A DNA stretch of 61,244 bases, counting the filler, from Sphacelaria rigidula (taxonomy: Eukaryota): the NCBI GenBank assembly GCA_964200075.2. It is 4 parts of 4 records of this genome, joined end to end, with 100 filler letters (N's around TTAATTAATTAA, not from the genome) between each part and the next. Parts side by side here need not be neighbours in the genome. Positions count along the whole stretch, not along the records: positions 46,010 to 61,244 come from CAXNAA020001847.1; 3 more parts are not named here. One strand, written 5' to 3'. Positions within the stretch are counted from its first letter, which is position 1, and each line of letters opens with the position of its first letter. Positions 47,827-61,244 of the stretch are shown piece by piece. Both the position numbers and the translations under genes were made by a program. The notes beneath the pieces were generated by a model. It saw only the letters and a program-made list of their open reading frames with translations. It was not told the DNA's origin and searched no databases.

Positions 47827-50800
47827 ATGGTATTGGGAGAGCATTCCTATAATTACCGCGAAAACACACGCGATAGTCGAGATCGAAATTATCATCGGCA
47901 GCGTGAACGAGATCGAGATCGAGATCAACACCGCCACGACGAACGTTTCGGGACCAACAGCAGAGATAACATCAGCAACAACCACAACAGTGCGAGCTAT
48001 CACAACAGAGATCAAGCATCACGAACTCATCACTCACCTCACCGTTACCAACGCCGTGACGATTCTCGATCACCCCCGCCATTGGAACGATGGGAAAGGC
48101 GACTTCAAGATGCGAAGAAGGCGCACCGGCCGCGATTGAAGAATTGGTCGCGTGGGCGGTTCGGCATCAAAGGCAGCAGCGCATCCGAAAGGTTTGAAGC
48201 ACTGCGATGGGACAGCGCCGGGCGAGAGCGCGATAGAGGCGTTAATAACGGGGATATGAGCGTTGTTCGGGAAAGGAGAGAAGAGCTTTCCTCTAGAGAC
48301 TTTTGGGAGCACTACGAAAGGCGGCGGCTGCCTGTCATCGTATCGGGTATTCCGTGGCATGAGGGTTGGAGAGCGAGCGAGCGGTGGACGTTTGAGCGGC
48401 TTGACAGAAAGTAAGAGCTTAGCCCCTTCGAGGGTGGTTTATCTGCGCCATCCTTGTATAACTCATACTGCATACCGTGTTGTACCGTGTTGTACGTCCA
48501 TAGCATTCGTTGTGCGGCGCATTGTCTTCATTTCTTTGTTACAGCTGGACTGGGGAATACAATTCTGTACAAAACCGCACTGGCTCCTCCTCACTCTTGT
48601 CCGCAATCGCATTATCTCGTGGGCTTCGAACCGCAACTTCCCGAGCCAGCTTTGGTTACTTCACGGCGTTTGGTTGTCACGTGTTTGGCGGGCTGGTGTA
48701 TGATTTCGTCTCGCGAGTTGACTGCGCTGCAGCACCTCAGTCGTGCTTGCTACCTCCCGTCGCTATTAGCGTGTCCCACCTGTCATATCGAGGTGAAAAA
48801 ATGCTCGATATGCTCGGTTGACCTAAGCGACTCACCCTGACTCTAGGCGCGTTGTCGATATTTCTCTCGTTGCGAAGCATGCATTCCATTTACCTGTGGA
48901 GCATACCACAAGCGGTTGAAGTCGACGTTCTCATGTTTTTCACTTGCCCGTTGCATTTGTTCGCAGTTTCCGAGAAAGCAAGCTCAAATGTGGAGAAGAT
49001 GACGACGGCTACTCAGTGAAGGTAAAACTCGGGGAGAAAGGTTGACACCCAAGGTGATCCTGCTGTGTTTTTCAAAATATAAGTGCAATAGTGGCAGTAG
49101 TAGGGGTTTGTGAGGGTCCGTTTCGTCAATATACTAACGCTTTGGCGATTTATTGGCGTGATGGATTCGTGTCGTGGCGGCGCAGCTGCCAAGTGACGGC
49201 GCACCCCAAGCCAAAACGCCTGCTTCCCGACTTTTGAAGGGGACCCCGCCAGAGGCAGAAGAATGCCCTGCTTGGCTTCATCTCTCTCTAGCCCTTTGAG
49301 CGCTCGCAGATGTCTACTTGAGTTGGGCAGTCATTTTCGGAGTGACACGATGCTGATTCAGACGATGGAGACATGCCAAGGGTAAAAGGGCTAAGACCCA
49401 CTTTTATGGCAACGAATCTCGATTTTTACGAATTTGAGGATTTCAGCCCATCTACAGGCGGTTTTCTCCCATGGATTGATTTCTCGGACCCCAGTCCATT
49501 GGACAATGTTTTTCGGCTAGCTGTGAGCAAACCGGATCATTTCTCCGATTCTATGGACGTTGATTTTTGGTTCATCACATTTCTGCCCAAATCAGGACAC
49601 TCCCGCATCTCCCCCGATTTTTCTGAAAAATGAAGAATCGGGGAGATGCGGGAGTGTCCCGATTTCAGCAGAACGGTGATGTATCGAAAGTCAACGCCCA
49701 GAAAATCGGAGAATTGATCTGGTTTGCTCATAGCTAGCCGCAAAACATCGCCCAACGGACTGGGGTCCGAGAGATCAATCCACGGGAGAAAATCGCCCGT
49801 AGATGGACTGACATCCTCCTATTTGTAAAAATCGGGATTCGTTGCCATAAAAGTGGGTCTATAACTAACCCATTGAGCACCCGAAGACAAATACTTGAGT
49901 CTGATGTCGCCGATCCAACCGAGGGACACGCTGGGGTGGTCAAACGGTTCAATGCTCCTTCATGACCACCCATGCGCTCAGTCTATGCTATTTGTTCCAC
50001 CTTCCTGTTTTCTTCGCTTTCCCTCTGCGAGTGTTTTCGTTTCATCTCGAGTACGTCTGTCATGTGACCACGGCCGGATCCCCGGGTGACCAGTTAATGT
50101 GCCATAGTCAGTCGATCAAATCAATGGATTGAGGGCAGGTTTTTACACGCCCTTCCTTGTTACCACAAAGCGGTGCACTTGAGTCCACATATGCCAATTC
50201 ACCGCTTCGTGGGCAAGGTGTCGCAGTTTTTTCTCGCCAAAAAAAGCGCGGAACACGCACGACAAGAATTCGACCCTTGACCTCCAGCCCCCACCCCCTA
50301 CCCCTCCCCAGGTGGGTGACCTTGTATCGCGTGTGGTTAAATTTTTTTTCGGATCTACTTCTTTTCAAGTGGCATAGTACGCCTGTTTCTCTGAACAAAG
50401 GGTTGTGGAGTGTTTGTATGGAAACTGGTACATGAGGACCCCTGACGGCTTTTTTCTGGCGAAGCTACGCCGATGTACTTGTCGGTATGCTGATTTTCCG
50501 GTACAGGTTATAATGCGCAAGTTGTGCACACTTGCCACCAGTTCTGTTGCCATGCACGCAAGCAACATACTCTCCACCCCGCTTCAGCAGTCTTCGTACT
50601 CTCAAGGCTTTGTTAGGGCATCTCGTGCGTGTTTCGATGTTTGGTTGCATGTCAATTCATCTCAACTGTTGTTTTCTATTCTGTCGAGCTCCTGCTGCGC
50701 GTTGTACCGTATAGCGAGACTTTTCCCATCAGCGGCTACATGCAACAAACAGTACAGAAGTACTGTGCCCTTGCTCTCCACTGCGCACAGTACAGTATTG

Positions 50801-53800
50801 ATCGATTGAGTGTCGCACACTCAACCAATACTGTGGTATGCGCTGCTTATATCTATGTTCAGTGTTACATAACAGTGCCCACCTCTTGGTAACACGATAG
50901 GGGGTAGGTGGGTGGCGAAGATTGTGCAGAGAGCGAAAGTACCCTTTTTTGTGTGTCTATGGGTGATTGCCAAATGGTGAAATACAGCTTCACCTCCAGG
51001 TGAGCGGTATGTGGCGACTTGTAGGAGAATACAGTGAATCATTCCATCAATCAGAACCTGAGGGAACGTTCACCCCCATCCCTCTTGAGTCTTGTTACTA
51101 GACCAAGAAAAGTACTGGAAACATGCCTGGGTGATCTGGGAAGTGTTCGCTGATGATCGGGCAACCTGCACGCCCCTGTCAAGAACATTGAAACCCCCGA
51201 ACTGCTAGGCTGTAAAACTATTCTGAAACGATGCTAGAGGCCACCGGGTCAAAAGCACGTCCTGCTTAGTACCGTTCACAGGGAATGTTATTCATGTTCC
51301 TGGCCCGCCGGAGGTCACGAAGCTTCAGGAAGCCCCTGCAGATCGCCTTTGCAGCTCAACAATGAAGATAGATGAAAAGGTGGATAACGACCTAAATCAT
51401 GGGTGAAAATAATTCGATGGTATTTTACCGCCGCTGATAGTGTCCAACTGTATGATCCTGGGCGGTAAATGTCTGTGTTGCTCCCACCGTGTACCTGTTA
51501 ATTTGGCATCGTAAGGACGTTAAGTGTTTTCATAAGCGATGAGAAAATATTTATTTTTATTTGGAGGTTAGAAACTTCGCCTGTTCAGCGACCCATCCGT
51601 TTGTGGATATCATTCCGCTTTGCTTTCCCGTACAGGTAAAGCTCAAGTACTTCATTAAGTATATGGAACACCAGAGGGATGACAGCCCCCTGTATATCTT
51701 CGATAGCCACTTCGACGATTATGAGGAGTCCAAGGCTCTTCTCAGAGACTACAGCGTGCCTGACTACTTCCCCGACGACCTCTTCTCTTTGGTCGGGGAG
51801 AGGCGCCGACCCCCGTACAGGTGAGCGATGATACTGGAATGAAGAATCATGTAACACTCATGTATGTTGATTTCTCTCGGATAAAGTCTACCCACAATGA
51901 TCGCCGCCAGAATTGATCCCTGATGTACATTCGTGTGTTTTTGTTGGCTTCAGGTGGTTTTTGGTGGGCCCAAAGCGCTCGGGGACGTCGGTGCATATCG
52001 ATCCGCTCGGTACGAGTGCGTGGAACACCGTGATCCGAGGGCGGAAGCTTTGGGTGGTGTTTCCGCCTAGCGTCAGCAAGAGCGTGGCAAAGGCGAAGGA
52101 CTTGTTCAGAGACAGCGAAGATGATGAACCGGTGAGATGAAGCGACTTCGCTAAGGATGGTGTGTCGGGTGGGTTCTATCTAGCGTTCCGTCATAATCCA
52201 ATAGTGTCTGGTTGTGATGATGTGTGCACTGTGAGTCCACGTTTTCTCTCGTCCTCTTTTGCGGTTGTACTTGCTGCTAAGTCTGCACTGCCGCAACTAC
52301 CGCAGACGTGAGTTCTCTGGAAAAACGTGTAGTCCTGCAAGAAAAAAATCGTCAAAAAAGGTAGAAAAAAAGAGGAGCATATCCGTAATCCTCGCCCCAA
52401 AAACAGTCTGTATTGTTGCTTTCGTTGCAAAGTTCTAAACGTTTTTCCTTCAGGCTGCCATGGTTCAGAAAAATCCCAGTGCGGGTTTCGAGTTCCATAT
52501 ACCGCGTGCCGTGCAGCGCTGTAGAGACGTTGGACAGGAAGAGTTCCTGGTAGTCCGTTCGTATCTCGTAGCACATGCCCCCCACGTCCATTGGACCGCA
52601 ATTTCAAAGCGCGTTGTACCGACTCTAAAGCGGAAAACGCGTCGTGGAAAATATAGGGGAAATAAATGATCAACCGCGACCGACACGTCATGTTCTTCGG
52701 TTTTGTAGACCGTGTGGGGTGACGAATTACAGCACGGGCCCGCTATTGATCGAACGTGCTACTGAGGTTTTGCGCCGACGCTGATTCTACGTTTCCATTC
52801 GTAATTGGTGTCGAGAGAAAAAAAGGAAAACCGTTGTTGTTATTGTTGCACAAGATGATGACGTGTTTTTGAGCGCGTCCAAAACACATGATTTTTGTTT
52901 GGGTTTGAAAGCGCTCGAAAATAGCCTCACCATGGATGAGAAAACAGACTCATGTCGTGAGTGACGTGATTTCCGTAACCTTATTGCCTCGATTCGGGTG
53001 GTCGCAGTCAGTCTTGGCGGCGCAAGTCGACCCCGTATGCCTTTTTTCGTCCGTTTTTTTCCACGTGCTACTCTTTGTTCGTCGCTGCAGATCAACTATT
53101 TCGTGGACGTTCTGCCACGAATCCGACGCAAGTATGGCGACTCCATCAAAATGTATGAGTTCGTGCAGTACCCGGGGGACACGGTGTTCATACCGGGAGG
53201 ATGGTGGCATGCTGTCCTCAACCTGGATGATACTGTTGCCATTACTCAGAACTTCTGCAGCCGGAATAACTTTGAGAAGGTGATGCAGCGCGCATTTTCG
53301 TTTCTGCCATGCACTCCTGAAGCGAATTCCTCATTTTTTCTTCCTGGGAGTATGCGTTTGGTTCCACGTCCTAGGTTTGTTGTTGCCCCTAGCGCTCGGT
53401 AGTCTCTCTGAAGAGGTAACGTGGAGAATCAAGCTGCTCCATGCTGACAGTTGTGTTAACGTGAAGAGTACTGCGACTCAACTCTACGTCATGAGTCTTC
53501 GTTCAGGAGCCGCACTACGTGCTAGGTGTCTTCATTACTAAAACGTTCTACTGGTCCGGTAAGGGAGAAACAAGCTCACTTGCTCTCTCACCACGAGATC
53601 TCATACATCGATGTTGAAGGCATGGGGCTGTGCATCTATGCGTGCTTGCGTGTGAGACAGGTTTGGCGCAAGACACGAACGGGGCGGAAGAAGATGGCCG
53701 TGAGGTGGCTGAAGGAGCTAGACAAGGAGTTTCCGGCCCTGGCATCAACAGCACGCCGCCTGAACGCAGAGGACGGGTTCATCATGGCCGACCGACGGAA

Positions 53801-54110
53801 AAAAGAAAAGGCATCCAGCGGTGATGAGAGCGGAAAAGGGAGCAGAGACAGAGATGGTGATGACGCCCGAGGAGCAAGAGACGCTGATCGAAACGAACGA
53901 GGGAAGAGGAAAAGCAATGGCAGTGACAGCGACAACGGCGAAGACGGGGAAGACTCAGGGAGTGGTCGAAGCGGGACCACCACTAGCTCTTTCCACAAAA
54001 AGAGGGGGCGTGGAGACCAATGGACAGACGGTAGCGGCGGGGATCAGCGGCGTTCATCGACCACAGCATCAGACTCAACTCCTAGGACTCGCGATGGGAG
54101 CCCAGTATGA
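47827..54110 (+). CDS. JMJD6: JmjC-domain lysyl hydroxylase / arginine demethylase JMJD6 (PSR), 6 exons, ~546 aa
   Basis: Exons 47827-48410, 48967-49021, 51636-51820, 51954-52131, 53091-53279, 53661-54110 with consistent GT-AG phases. Motifs KCGEDDDGYSVKVKLKYF, DDSPLYIFDS, RRPPYRWF, RSGTSVHIDPLGTSAWN (HxD), PGGWWHAVLNLDDTVAITQNF, VWRKTRTGR. Confidence 0.97.
49395..49860. mobile_element. Foldback MITE (arms ~225 nt, very short loop) in JMJD6 intron 2
   Basis: AGACCCACTTTTATGGCAACGAATC ... GATTCGTTGCCATAAAAGTGGGTCT; inner GGACACTCCCGCATCTCCCC / GGGGAGATGCGGGAGTGTCC. Confidence 0.9.
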
Positions 54111-54399
54111 TGTGTGTTGTAAGTGGTGCTCGCGATTTACTCTTCCGTGGGAGGATACGTTGGGGTGCGTGGTGCCGTGACGCAAGGGAAGGAGTGATAC
54201 CTGGTTGACGAGGGTGCGTCAATGAAGGCCGAACTAGTGTGTGTTTTGGCGGGGATCGGGCCGTCCTGCTGAAGAATTTCTCAGCCACTTGTAGGTGCCC
54301 TTGTGACGTCAGGAACAACAAGGGCTGGGATGCTGTCACGTGGATAGCTATTCGAATAGGGTGCTATTCGACCGTTGACCGGTGCTTGTGGAAGATTTA

Positions 54400-57300
54400 G
54401 TGACATTTCGTGTGGCCGATAATTTGTGGTTGTGGGTGCAGTCTTGTGGGTGATTTGTGATGACCACAGGTCGTATCATCACATGCGGGAAAGTGGTGTG
54501 TAATGGTACACCGTATGCCGTAAATGGAACCGGTGGGACTGTCGAGAAAGTGCTGTGCAAATGCTTGGAAGAAGACTTGGACCATCTTGCGGAACTTGCT
54601 CATGGCGGCGGACGATGGGCAATTTCCATTCCGAACACGATGTACTGGTACGGTTTCAGCTGCGCACCATTTACTGCGTTGTTTTCGTACACGAGGGTGA
54701 AAAATGAAGAGACAGGTGTAGCGCTCTCGTTACCGAGGGGTGTCTTTTGCTTCCGGTCCTCATCTAATGGTACGTGCGAACACGTCAGCAAGTGTTGAAG
54801 CTGTCACTCTTCTCCTGTTGGGAAAGACTATTGAACTTTTCGGCAAGGCATCACGTATGTAAGCGTCCATGTACTGCACTGTATGATGGACCCGGCCCGA
54901 TGTACTATTAGGGTCGGTTTCCTTTAGATATAAAGATCCACCCGAGAAGAAAGCAGTGGCCGAAATGAAGAATACACGTTGTGTTTCACGTGTGATGAAT
55001 TCAAGCGTCGAAGGTTTGAAAAGTGGTCGAAAAGAGCTACAAGAGGAGCCGAAATCACCGCAATTTCCTCCATCAAAGTTGACGACCAAGTAAAGTGAAA
55101 ACGAACGCGTGTCCTCTGTCGCTTTCGGCCAGTTTGGGAGAAACGGCAGCTCCGGTGGATTACCCGCAGCTTTTTACTCATGCTGCCTTTGAGCGATCCC
55201 GTTTGTTTGCGTTCAGCTTCTCGTCTCGGAAACGACCCGATTTAAATTTCCTGGCTGGTCACTATTGGAATGGGGAAAAAGTGTCGTACAGGGAAAATGA
55301 TAATCTCGCATATTTTTCATCTCTTCAGTGATTCCCTTGGTCCGTGGTTGCTCTTTCTATGTCAGTATCATGGAGCCAGTCACAGCTGAGGAAACAGATG
55401 CTGGCCAAAACTAATGCTCGCCTAAGGTTTTTAATGACTACGACTTAGGCTTCACCTGCACTAGTACGGCTCTGACCAGGAAACGTGCGGTCCCCAGATA
55501 TCTTAGCCGCTACTGTACCTGCTTCCACGCCTCACCTAAAGAACTCCAGGCGGCGATCTTCTCGGGACAAGTAACAGATACTGGACCATAGCCCGGCATT
55601 TTCTTCCTTTTTTCTGTTCAACTTCTATCTCTAGTTTCGATCACAAGATGCTGCCGTTCATTTACCCTGGGCGCGTCTATCTTGTGACACGCTTTATTCG
55701 TGGCGGGACAAAATGTAACAACCCATCAACCACCATATAGGTGACAACTCCAACACATATTACATGTAGCACCACGGAACGTTGAGCGAAAGTACCGGAA
55801 GCAACGTCAACGGGCAAGCGTTGAGTTTCACTGCAAGCATGATGGAGCCCATTATAGATTGTGTGTGCTAAAAATCGTTTGTCAGTCCCCCTTCTCTGTG
55901 ATCTCTACACCAGGCACAGTGACACAGTCGTACACCGATAACGGCTAGCTTCTGTTTATGATCAGAATAGCATGGAACTGGCTCATGAAATAAGCAGGAT
56001 CTGCTCTGTGTAGTTGTAGCAACTGCACTGAACGACTCCAGCAGGAATAGGGTGGGCACGAAACGCGTTTGGTCGCGCTTACAATATTTCAATGTCACCC
56101 TTCGAGCCCCGACACCTGGGACTAACAGGGACTGACAGTGGTGATTCAACAGGTGGACACCGATGGGTGGTCAAAGGGTTCGCCCGTACTCTGTATTCAT
56201 TTTTGCAAACCTCGTGACGACATGTTGCACTAAAACTATGTTTGAACGGCAAAACGTCACTCTCATGCAGCTGTCCTAGCTTTTCGGTTCATCCGTCTCG
56301 GAGCAGCAGACGAGGCGCCCACACGAAACCCGGCACAATTCTACATGCGTGCGGAGCGAAGTTGTCCTCTCCTCAAGGACGATAACTTGGGGACTGCTTC
56401 GACATTTTTTGGAGAGCTCCTTGATGCTCCCTGCCCACCTGAACATCAACTGGGCTTATGGACGAGCCCATACTTTTTCCCATAGAGAAGTTTGGAGCGA
56501 GAGTAGCGTTCTCTCTGGAAGGTGTATTAAAGACTGCCATGGATTTGGTCAACGACGCTGGTGAAACAATCCTCCATACCAATTCGCCTTAAGGCGTGGG
56601 AAAGTATTGGTATAGTACCAGTTCGGGTGCTCAGCATGTAACCTCCAGCAAGTTCTCTTGGTTGGAGTTTCCGTGCCTAGAGCAATGTCCACACAACACG
56701 TCGAGGCTGGTGTTTCCACCGCGGACGGGCGACGGACACGGTGTATTTTCGTTTTTGTAAGAAAAATAGTTTTGTCCACATTGTTCACTCGGACGTGAGA
56801 CCGGGGTCTAACTGCACTGTTGTTCCGTTGTCCTGCTGAGGCCATCATCAAACTCCGCCTGTCCTGTCTCTGCCCCCAAATATCCTGACTTGGTCGCCAA
56901 TGCTTCTACACAGCTCGCCCAGATGGCTCCCCAGATTTTCCGGTGTATATGCACTTACGCCACTGCCATCCGCAGGCAAATGGTCCGGCGCGCTCCCTGC
57001 ATGTTCATGACCGAACTTGCCGCAGCCTTCAGCGTCTATTCTGCCGTCGCTAAACCGTGACCAATAGACACACTTGACATGCTGCAGTGAAATAGTTTTC
57101 CACATCGGAGAAGGCTGGTACAGGTACACCCTGCCCAAAGAGCAAGTAAAGCACACGCCGATCGTCCCATCAGCAAAATAGATCTGGGAAAGGGCGTGTG
57201 GATTCCGCGCAGAAGATAAATATACTGCAGTCAAGACACCCAACAGCACCCATTTACGCTACTGTCCGGTGTCATTGGTCATGCATCACATTCTCTTTTG

Positions 57301-57740
57301 TAGAGGTACTCCAGGACGCTCTTCAATTATCTGCTACGTCGCTGTTCCCCCCTGAGAGCTGCTTCACAGAGAGGGTTAAGTTCTTGTGTTGTTGTACAAT
57401 TTTTGTTCCGAGTGTGAGCGATCCACTATGTACCTGAGTGGGGCCATTGAGTCTGGGTCGTATAGTTCCTGGTCAAACTCCTCGACGGAGATAACGTGCC
57501 AATCCTGAGCATCATCTTCAAAGTGAGGATTTTCCATCAAGGCCCTGTCACGAAGAATCGTCACCCAGGGATCACTCTCCAAAGTAGCACTGCCGCCCGG
57601 GCGATTCGTCGCTGCAGCACCGACTTTGGCGTTTCTACCGGCCCGGCATTGTTTGATGGAGATGTGCGAGCAGTAGAAATTCCTGAAGACAATGGCATCC
57701 AAACGTTTCTGCGCGGACTCGCTGACCTGATCCGGCATGA
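54400..57740 (-). pseudogene. Heavily decayed coding-like region, possibly a Mutator (MULE) transposase with SWIM finger
   Basis: Chain of broken - strand ORFs: YFADGTIGV (DGT-like), and VQCSC followed after a frameshift by PVPC..DH near 55960-56040 (SWIM-like). Motifs are weak. Confidence 0.3.
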
Positions 57741-59929
57741 GTAGTAAACGTGGCCTAGGCGTGTTGGCAAGCGAACAGTTGCGGACGCTTTTCGAACGGC
57801 GTAAAGCATGACAAAAACGCTTTAGTACTCAGCAAAACTCACGAATGCTCTATAGCATACCACATACACACTACATACAGTAGCACGCGCTCATTTGAAA
57901 ACGGGAACGTCAGGCTGACCCGGCTCTCACCCAACATGTGTCCCGCTCTGCTACTGTACTGATTGTACTGTCAGCGTGCTCTGAGTGCACATTTCCTGTG
58001 TTCTTCGCGGTAGGTTACACTTCACTCGGGTATTTCAAGAACGCTTCGTTGGCTGCCTGTTTTTCCATTCTGTCGCATAGCATGGCAAAACGACGACGGT
58101 TTGATGATGAAATGATTTTGGTCCACTCGCTACATTCTACAATCCATGCCTCATCTCAAAGTGTCATAACAACACCCCGAGGTCCCCAAAAACAACAATA
58201 TCACCGTGAGCACCAAGAAGAGCAATGCCATATCTATCAACAGAGTAAAGTTCGATTGTTGTGTAAAGGTCATGCCAGAACTGTACAAGAGTCCACCTGC
58301 GTGGTGTCAGCAGCAGTACTGATTTTCAGGAATGTACATATATCTCCAAATTCGAAAAGGAAGATGGCAAGGCTTGGGGAGATAAAAGGCTGATCATGTT
58401 TCCGAAAATCAAATGGCGGTGGCCAGAATAAAAATATCCCGTGCCTGTTTTAGCCACTTTCGGGTATTGGGGTCCGTGCTCTTCACACGTGCGAGTGAGG
58501 TCAAGGTGTATTTTTCGGGGGCTACAAAAACGTACACCAGTGACCAGAAAAGGGTGTATAAAATGACCAGAGTTGGCATATTTCGCCAATTACACACAAG
58601 AGTAGAGACGGACAAGTATGTATTGCCGTTTTGCAACTCTATGACAAACGACAGTTCTGGTGGAATACTCGCAACTTTCCAGTACTACCAAGCACTATTC
58701 CGGTATTTTCAACTCGTACTTCTTGCAGTGCGTGAGTAGAAAGAGAAAAGCACTGAGTATTCGCGACAAGAATGACTGAAGCGGGGTCAACTTCACGTCT
58801 TTGTTGCGTCGCGTCGCGGAGGGAAGCCGCTGATGGCTGTTCCGTGAAGTGACCAAGCGTATTGTTTCCCTCGCCACTAGCCAAAAAAGAGAAGGAACCA
58901 TCTACGGGAAAATATGCAAAGCGAAAATTTTAGAAAAACAAAAAAGCGTTTTCAAAGCGAGCCTGAGCAGTGCCATTATCCTGGACAGCCACTGCCCCAG
59001 GCTCTGTGATGACGACCTATGTAACACCTAATTTCGCGGGCGAAAGTTGACTGCCCTCCTCTCGTGCATCCTCCGGACACAGCCATCTCGCCCCCGACAA
59101 TCGTACAGCACGTATTTCTTTCCTGTAATCGTCATGACTTACGTGATTTTCTGCCTGCGGAGCGGGAGGATTTCATGATTAAACCTATAATAAGTTGCTA
59201 GTAAGCCAGCGGTGGCTATGTTTCTCGATAATAGCTTGGTACATGTGAGGATGTAGGGGATGAAAACATCAAACCATACGTACCACACATACCCCTTTCC
59301 ATTCCCGGCGTATCTTGAGTATAGCAGGCTTTTGTGACCTAGGTTGTTGGCAAATGTGCACATGAGCCCCCTTGAACCTATACCCTGTTCCACGTAAACC
59401 CGAGCATTTCCTCGATCTTTGTAGCAGATATTGCGGCAAAAGTAATTCCCGAACCCTACGTACAGTATGAGTGCCTGAGGGAAGAGGCGTGCCGATCCCC
59501 AGTACAGTTTAGGTGAATCCATCGCCAAGGCTCATGATGGAAACATATCTCGTTTCAACTCGGTTCCGCCCTCCCACCTTCACCCGAAATGGGGGTAGCT
59601 GTGTCGAGGAAACCATATTCAACCAGCAGAACGAATGCCACAACCGCAAGCTTAAAGTGGAGTGACATGACGTACAGGCCAGTCTGTGGGTTGCGTTGGT
59701 GACTAATAGAACCAACAGACTAGCCCGTGGGCTATATCAGCAGTATTGAGCTCGAACTTCGATCCCGGAGCTGTGGATCCCGGAGCTGTGGAGTTCTACC
59801 CAGAGCTGGGAGACGGCCGCCGAAGACGAGCCGATGGAGGTAAGACACAAGTGAGTTAACATAGGGTTTTGGCGGATTGGAGCTAGCGTTAGGCGCAATC
59901 TAGGAGCTGCACCTTCTCAGTGAGATCAA

Positions 59930-60490
59930 CGTGGATGTACAGTATCTAAATAGAGAGACCAAGGAGGGGATCGACACAAATGATGAAACACCCTCACGGA
60001 AGACTAGAAGGAGAGCAAGGCCAGAAAGGACAAAACAAGGAGCAAAGGGTGTAGCTATTGGTGAAGATAAAGCTAGGTCCCGCATCGGGGAGCTAATCGT
60101 AACGATCTACCATGTCCATACATTGTCTCTCACAGCATAGAACGGGGTTAGTCATGCTGAGGTGATTGTGCGAAAGCGCAAATTGGTGGGTGATGACGTC
60201 AGCAGAGTGCAGGAAGCAAGGAGCCCGGGACGAGATGAGTTAGCTGTCGCGGGGTATCGCACCTTGTGCCGTGAGGTAGGAGGGGGTAAGGAAAGGGCTG
60301 GGCAACATGGGGTTGGGCTGGTGATCAAGGAGTTGATCACCAATATGGCAGGCGCTCATCAGCAGGCATCTCATATTGAAGACTTCCAACACAGTAGGCG
60401 AGTCGAACAGTATCATATTTGTACTTGCCACACCCCCACAGACATTATCGAATCAAAAGGATATCGACTGACTCGGACAACATTTTAAGC
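59930..60490 (+). pseudogene. RTE-like LINE AP-endonuclease fragment
   Basis: LIVTIYHVHTL (TxNVRTL-like), VQEARSPG...AGYRTLC...GQHGVGLVIK and decayed CHTPT (AYAPT-like); in-frame stop present. Confidence 0.75.
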
Positions 60491-61109
60491 CGAGCTCTCA
60501 ACAACGACTCCCTGTTGCTTTCTATACACGCTGACGCTAGGAATGCCGCAAGAGCAGGGCGAAAGGGCTGTAAAACGTAAGCAGCACGCGCCGCACTCTG
60601 GTAGTAAAGTGATATATCATCGACCAACTTGGGCTGAGTAGTAGTAGTGAGTCCGAATCCTGATAGAAGTTGATATATGCTACTGGCTTCTCTCGTGGAA
60701 AGCATGAGAACGTGAGCTGACAAAAATGTAATCGATGGAAGTCGACGGGCTGCGTTTCGATGTATATTCACATGAATTGTTCGGGCAATGTGCGTACCCG
60801 CTGAGTGTAATATATATGATTGATTGATTGGTTGATTGATTACCGCAGGATTCAATCGTGGTCATAAGATAAACGTACCCAAGAAAAACAACACAGAAAC
60901 ACTCGTCAAAGGGGACTGCACAAAAGAAGACAAAGAGAGATCAAGAAGAAGAAAGAAGATAGGACAAACGGACTGAATTGAGGCAAAACGAGAGACAAAA
61001 CAAAACGATGAAACAAGAGAAAATAAAATAAAGCACCGCAGGAAAAGGAAAGACAAGGAGGATAAAAATGCGAATGACTTGTCTCGATGAAAACAAGAAA
61101 AACGACGAC

Positions 61110-61244
<135 letters not shown>

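Noticed and set aside
32302-54110. ELMOD-PC4-CSN5-JMJD6 as a functional gene cluster
   Set aside because: The two pairs lie on different contigs joined artificially.

Overview
Eukaryotic genomic DNA, most likely a brown alga or related stramenopile (inferred from intron-rich genes with kb-scale GT-AG introns, tightly spaced divergent gene pairs and the repeat types). The window is not one locus. It is four contigs of nearly equal length (1-15237, 15338-30574, 30675-45909, 46010-61244) joined by 100-nt N44-TTAATTAATTAA-N44 linkers. Host genes: a 9-exon ELMO-domain (ELMOD3-like) gene (- strand) head-to-head with an intronless PC4/SUB1-domain gene that has a mitochondrial-transit-like N-terminus, and a complete 6-exon JMJD6 gene (+ strand) head-to-head with exon 1 of COP9 signalosome subunit 5. 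The rest is mostly decayed transposons: copia RT, a gypsy integrase with a chromodomain-like tail, RTE-like LINE fragments, a pogo/DDE_1 transposase, nested hAT elements with TIRs and 8-bp TSDs, a 102-bp piggyBac-type MITE, foldback MITEs and tRNA-derived SINEs. The most unusual observations are (i) a full cloverleaf tRNA-like unit inside the probable 3' LTR of the gypsy element, (ii) the possibly organelle-targeted PC4 protein, (iii) a duplicated and inverted exon cassette forming a long hairpin, and (iv) an unclassified ORF-bearing repeat family shared by three contig ends. All calls are from manual reading; no database searches were run.
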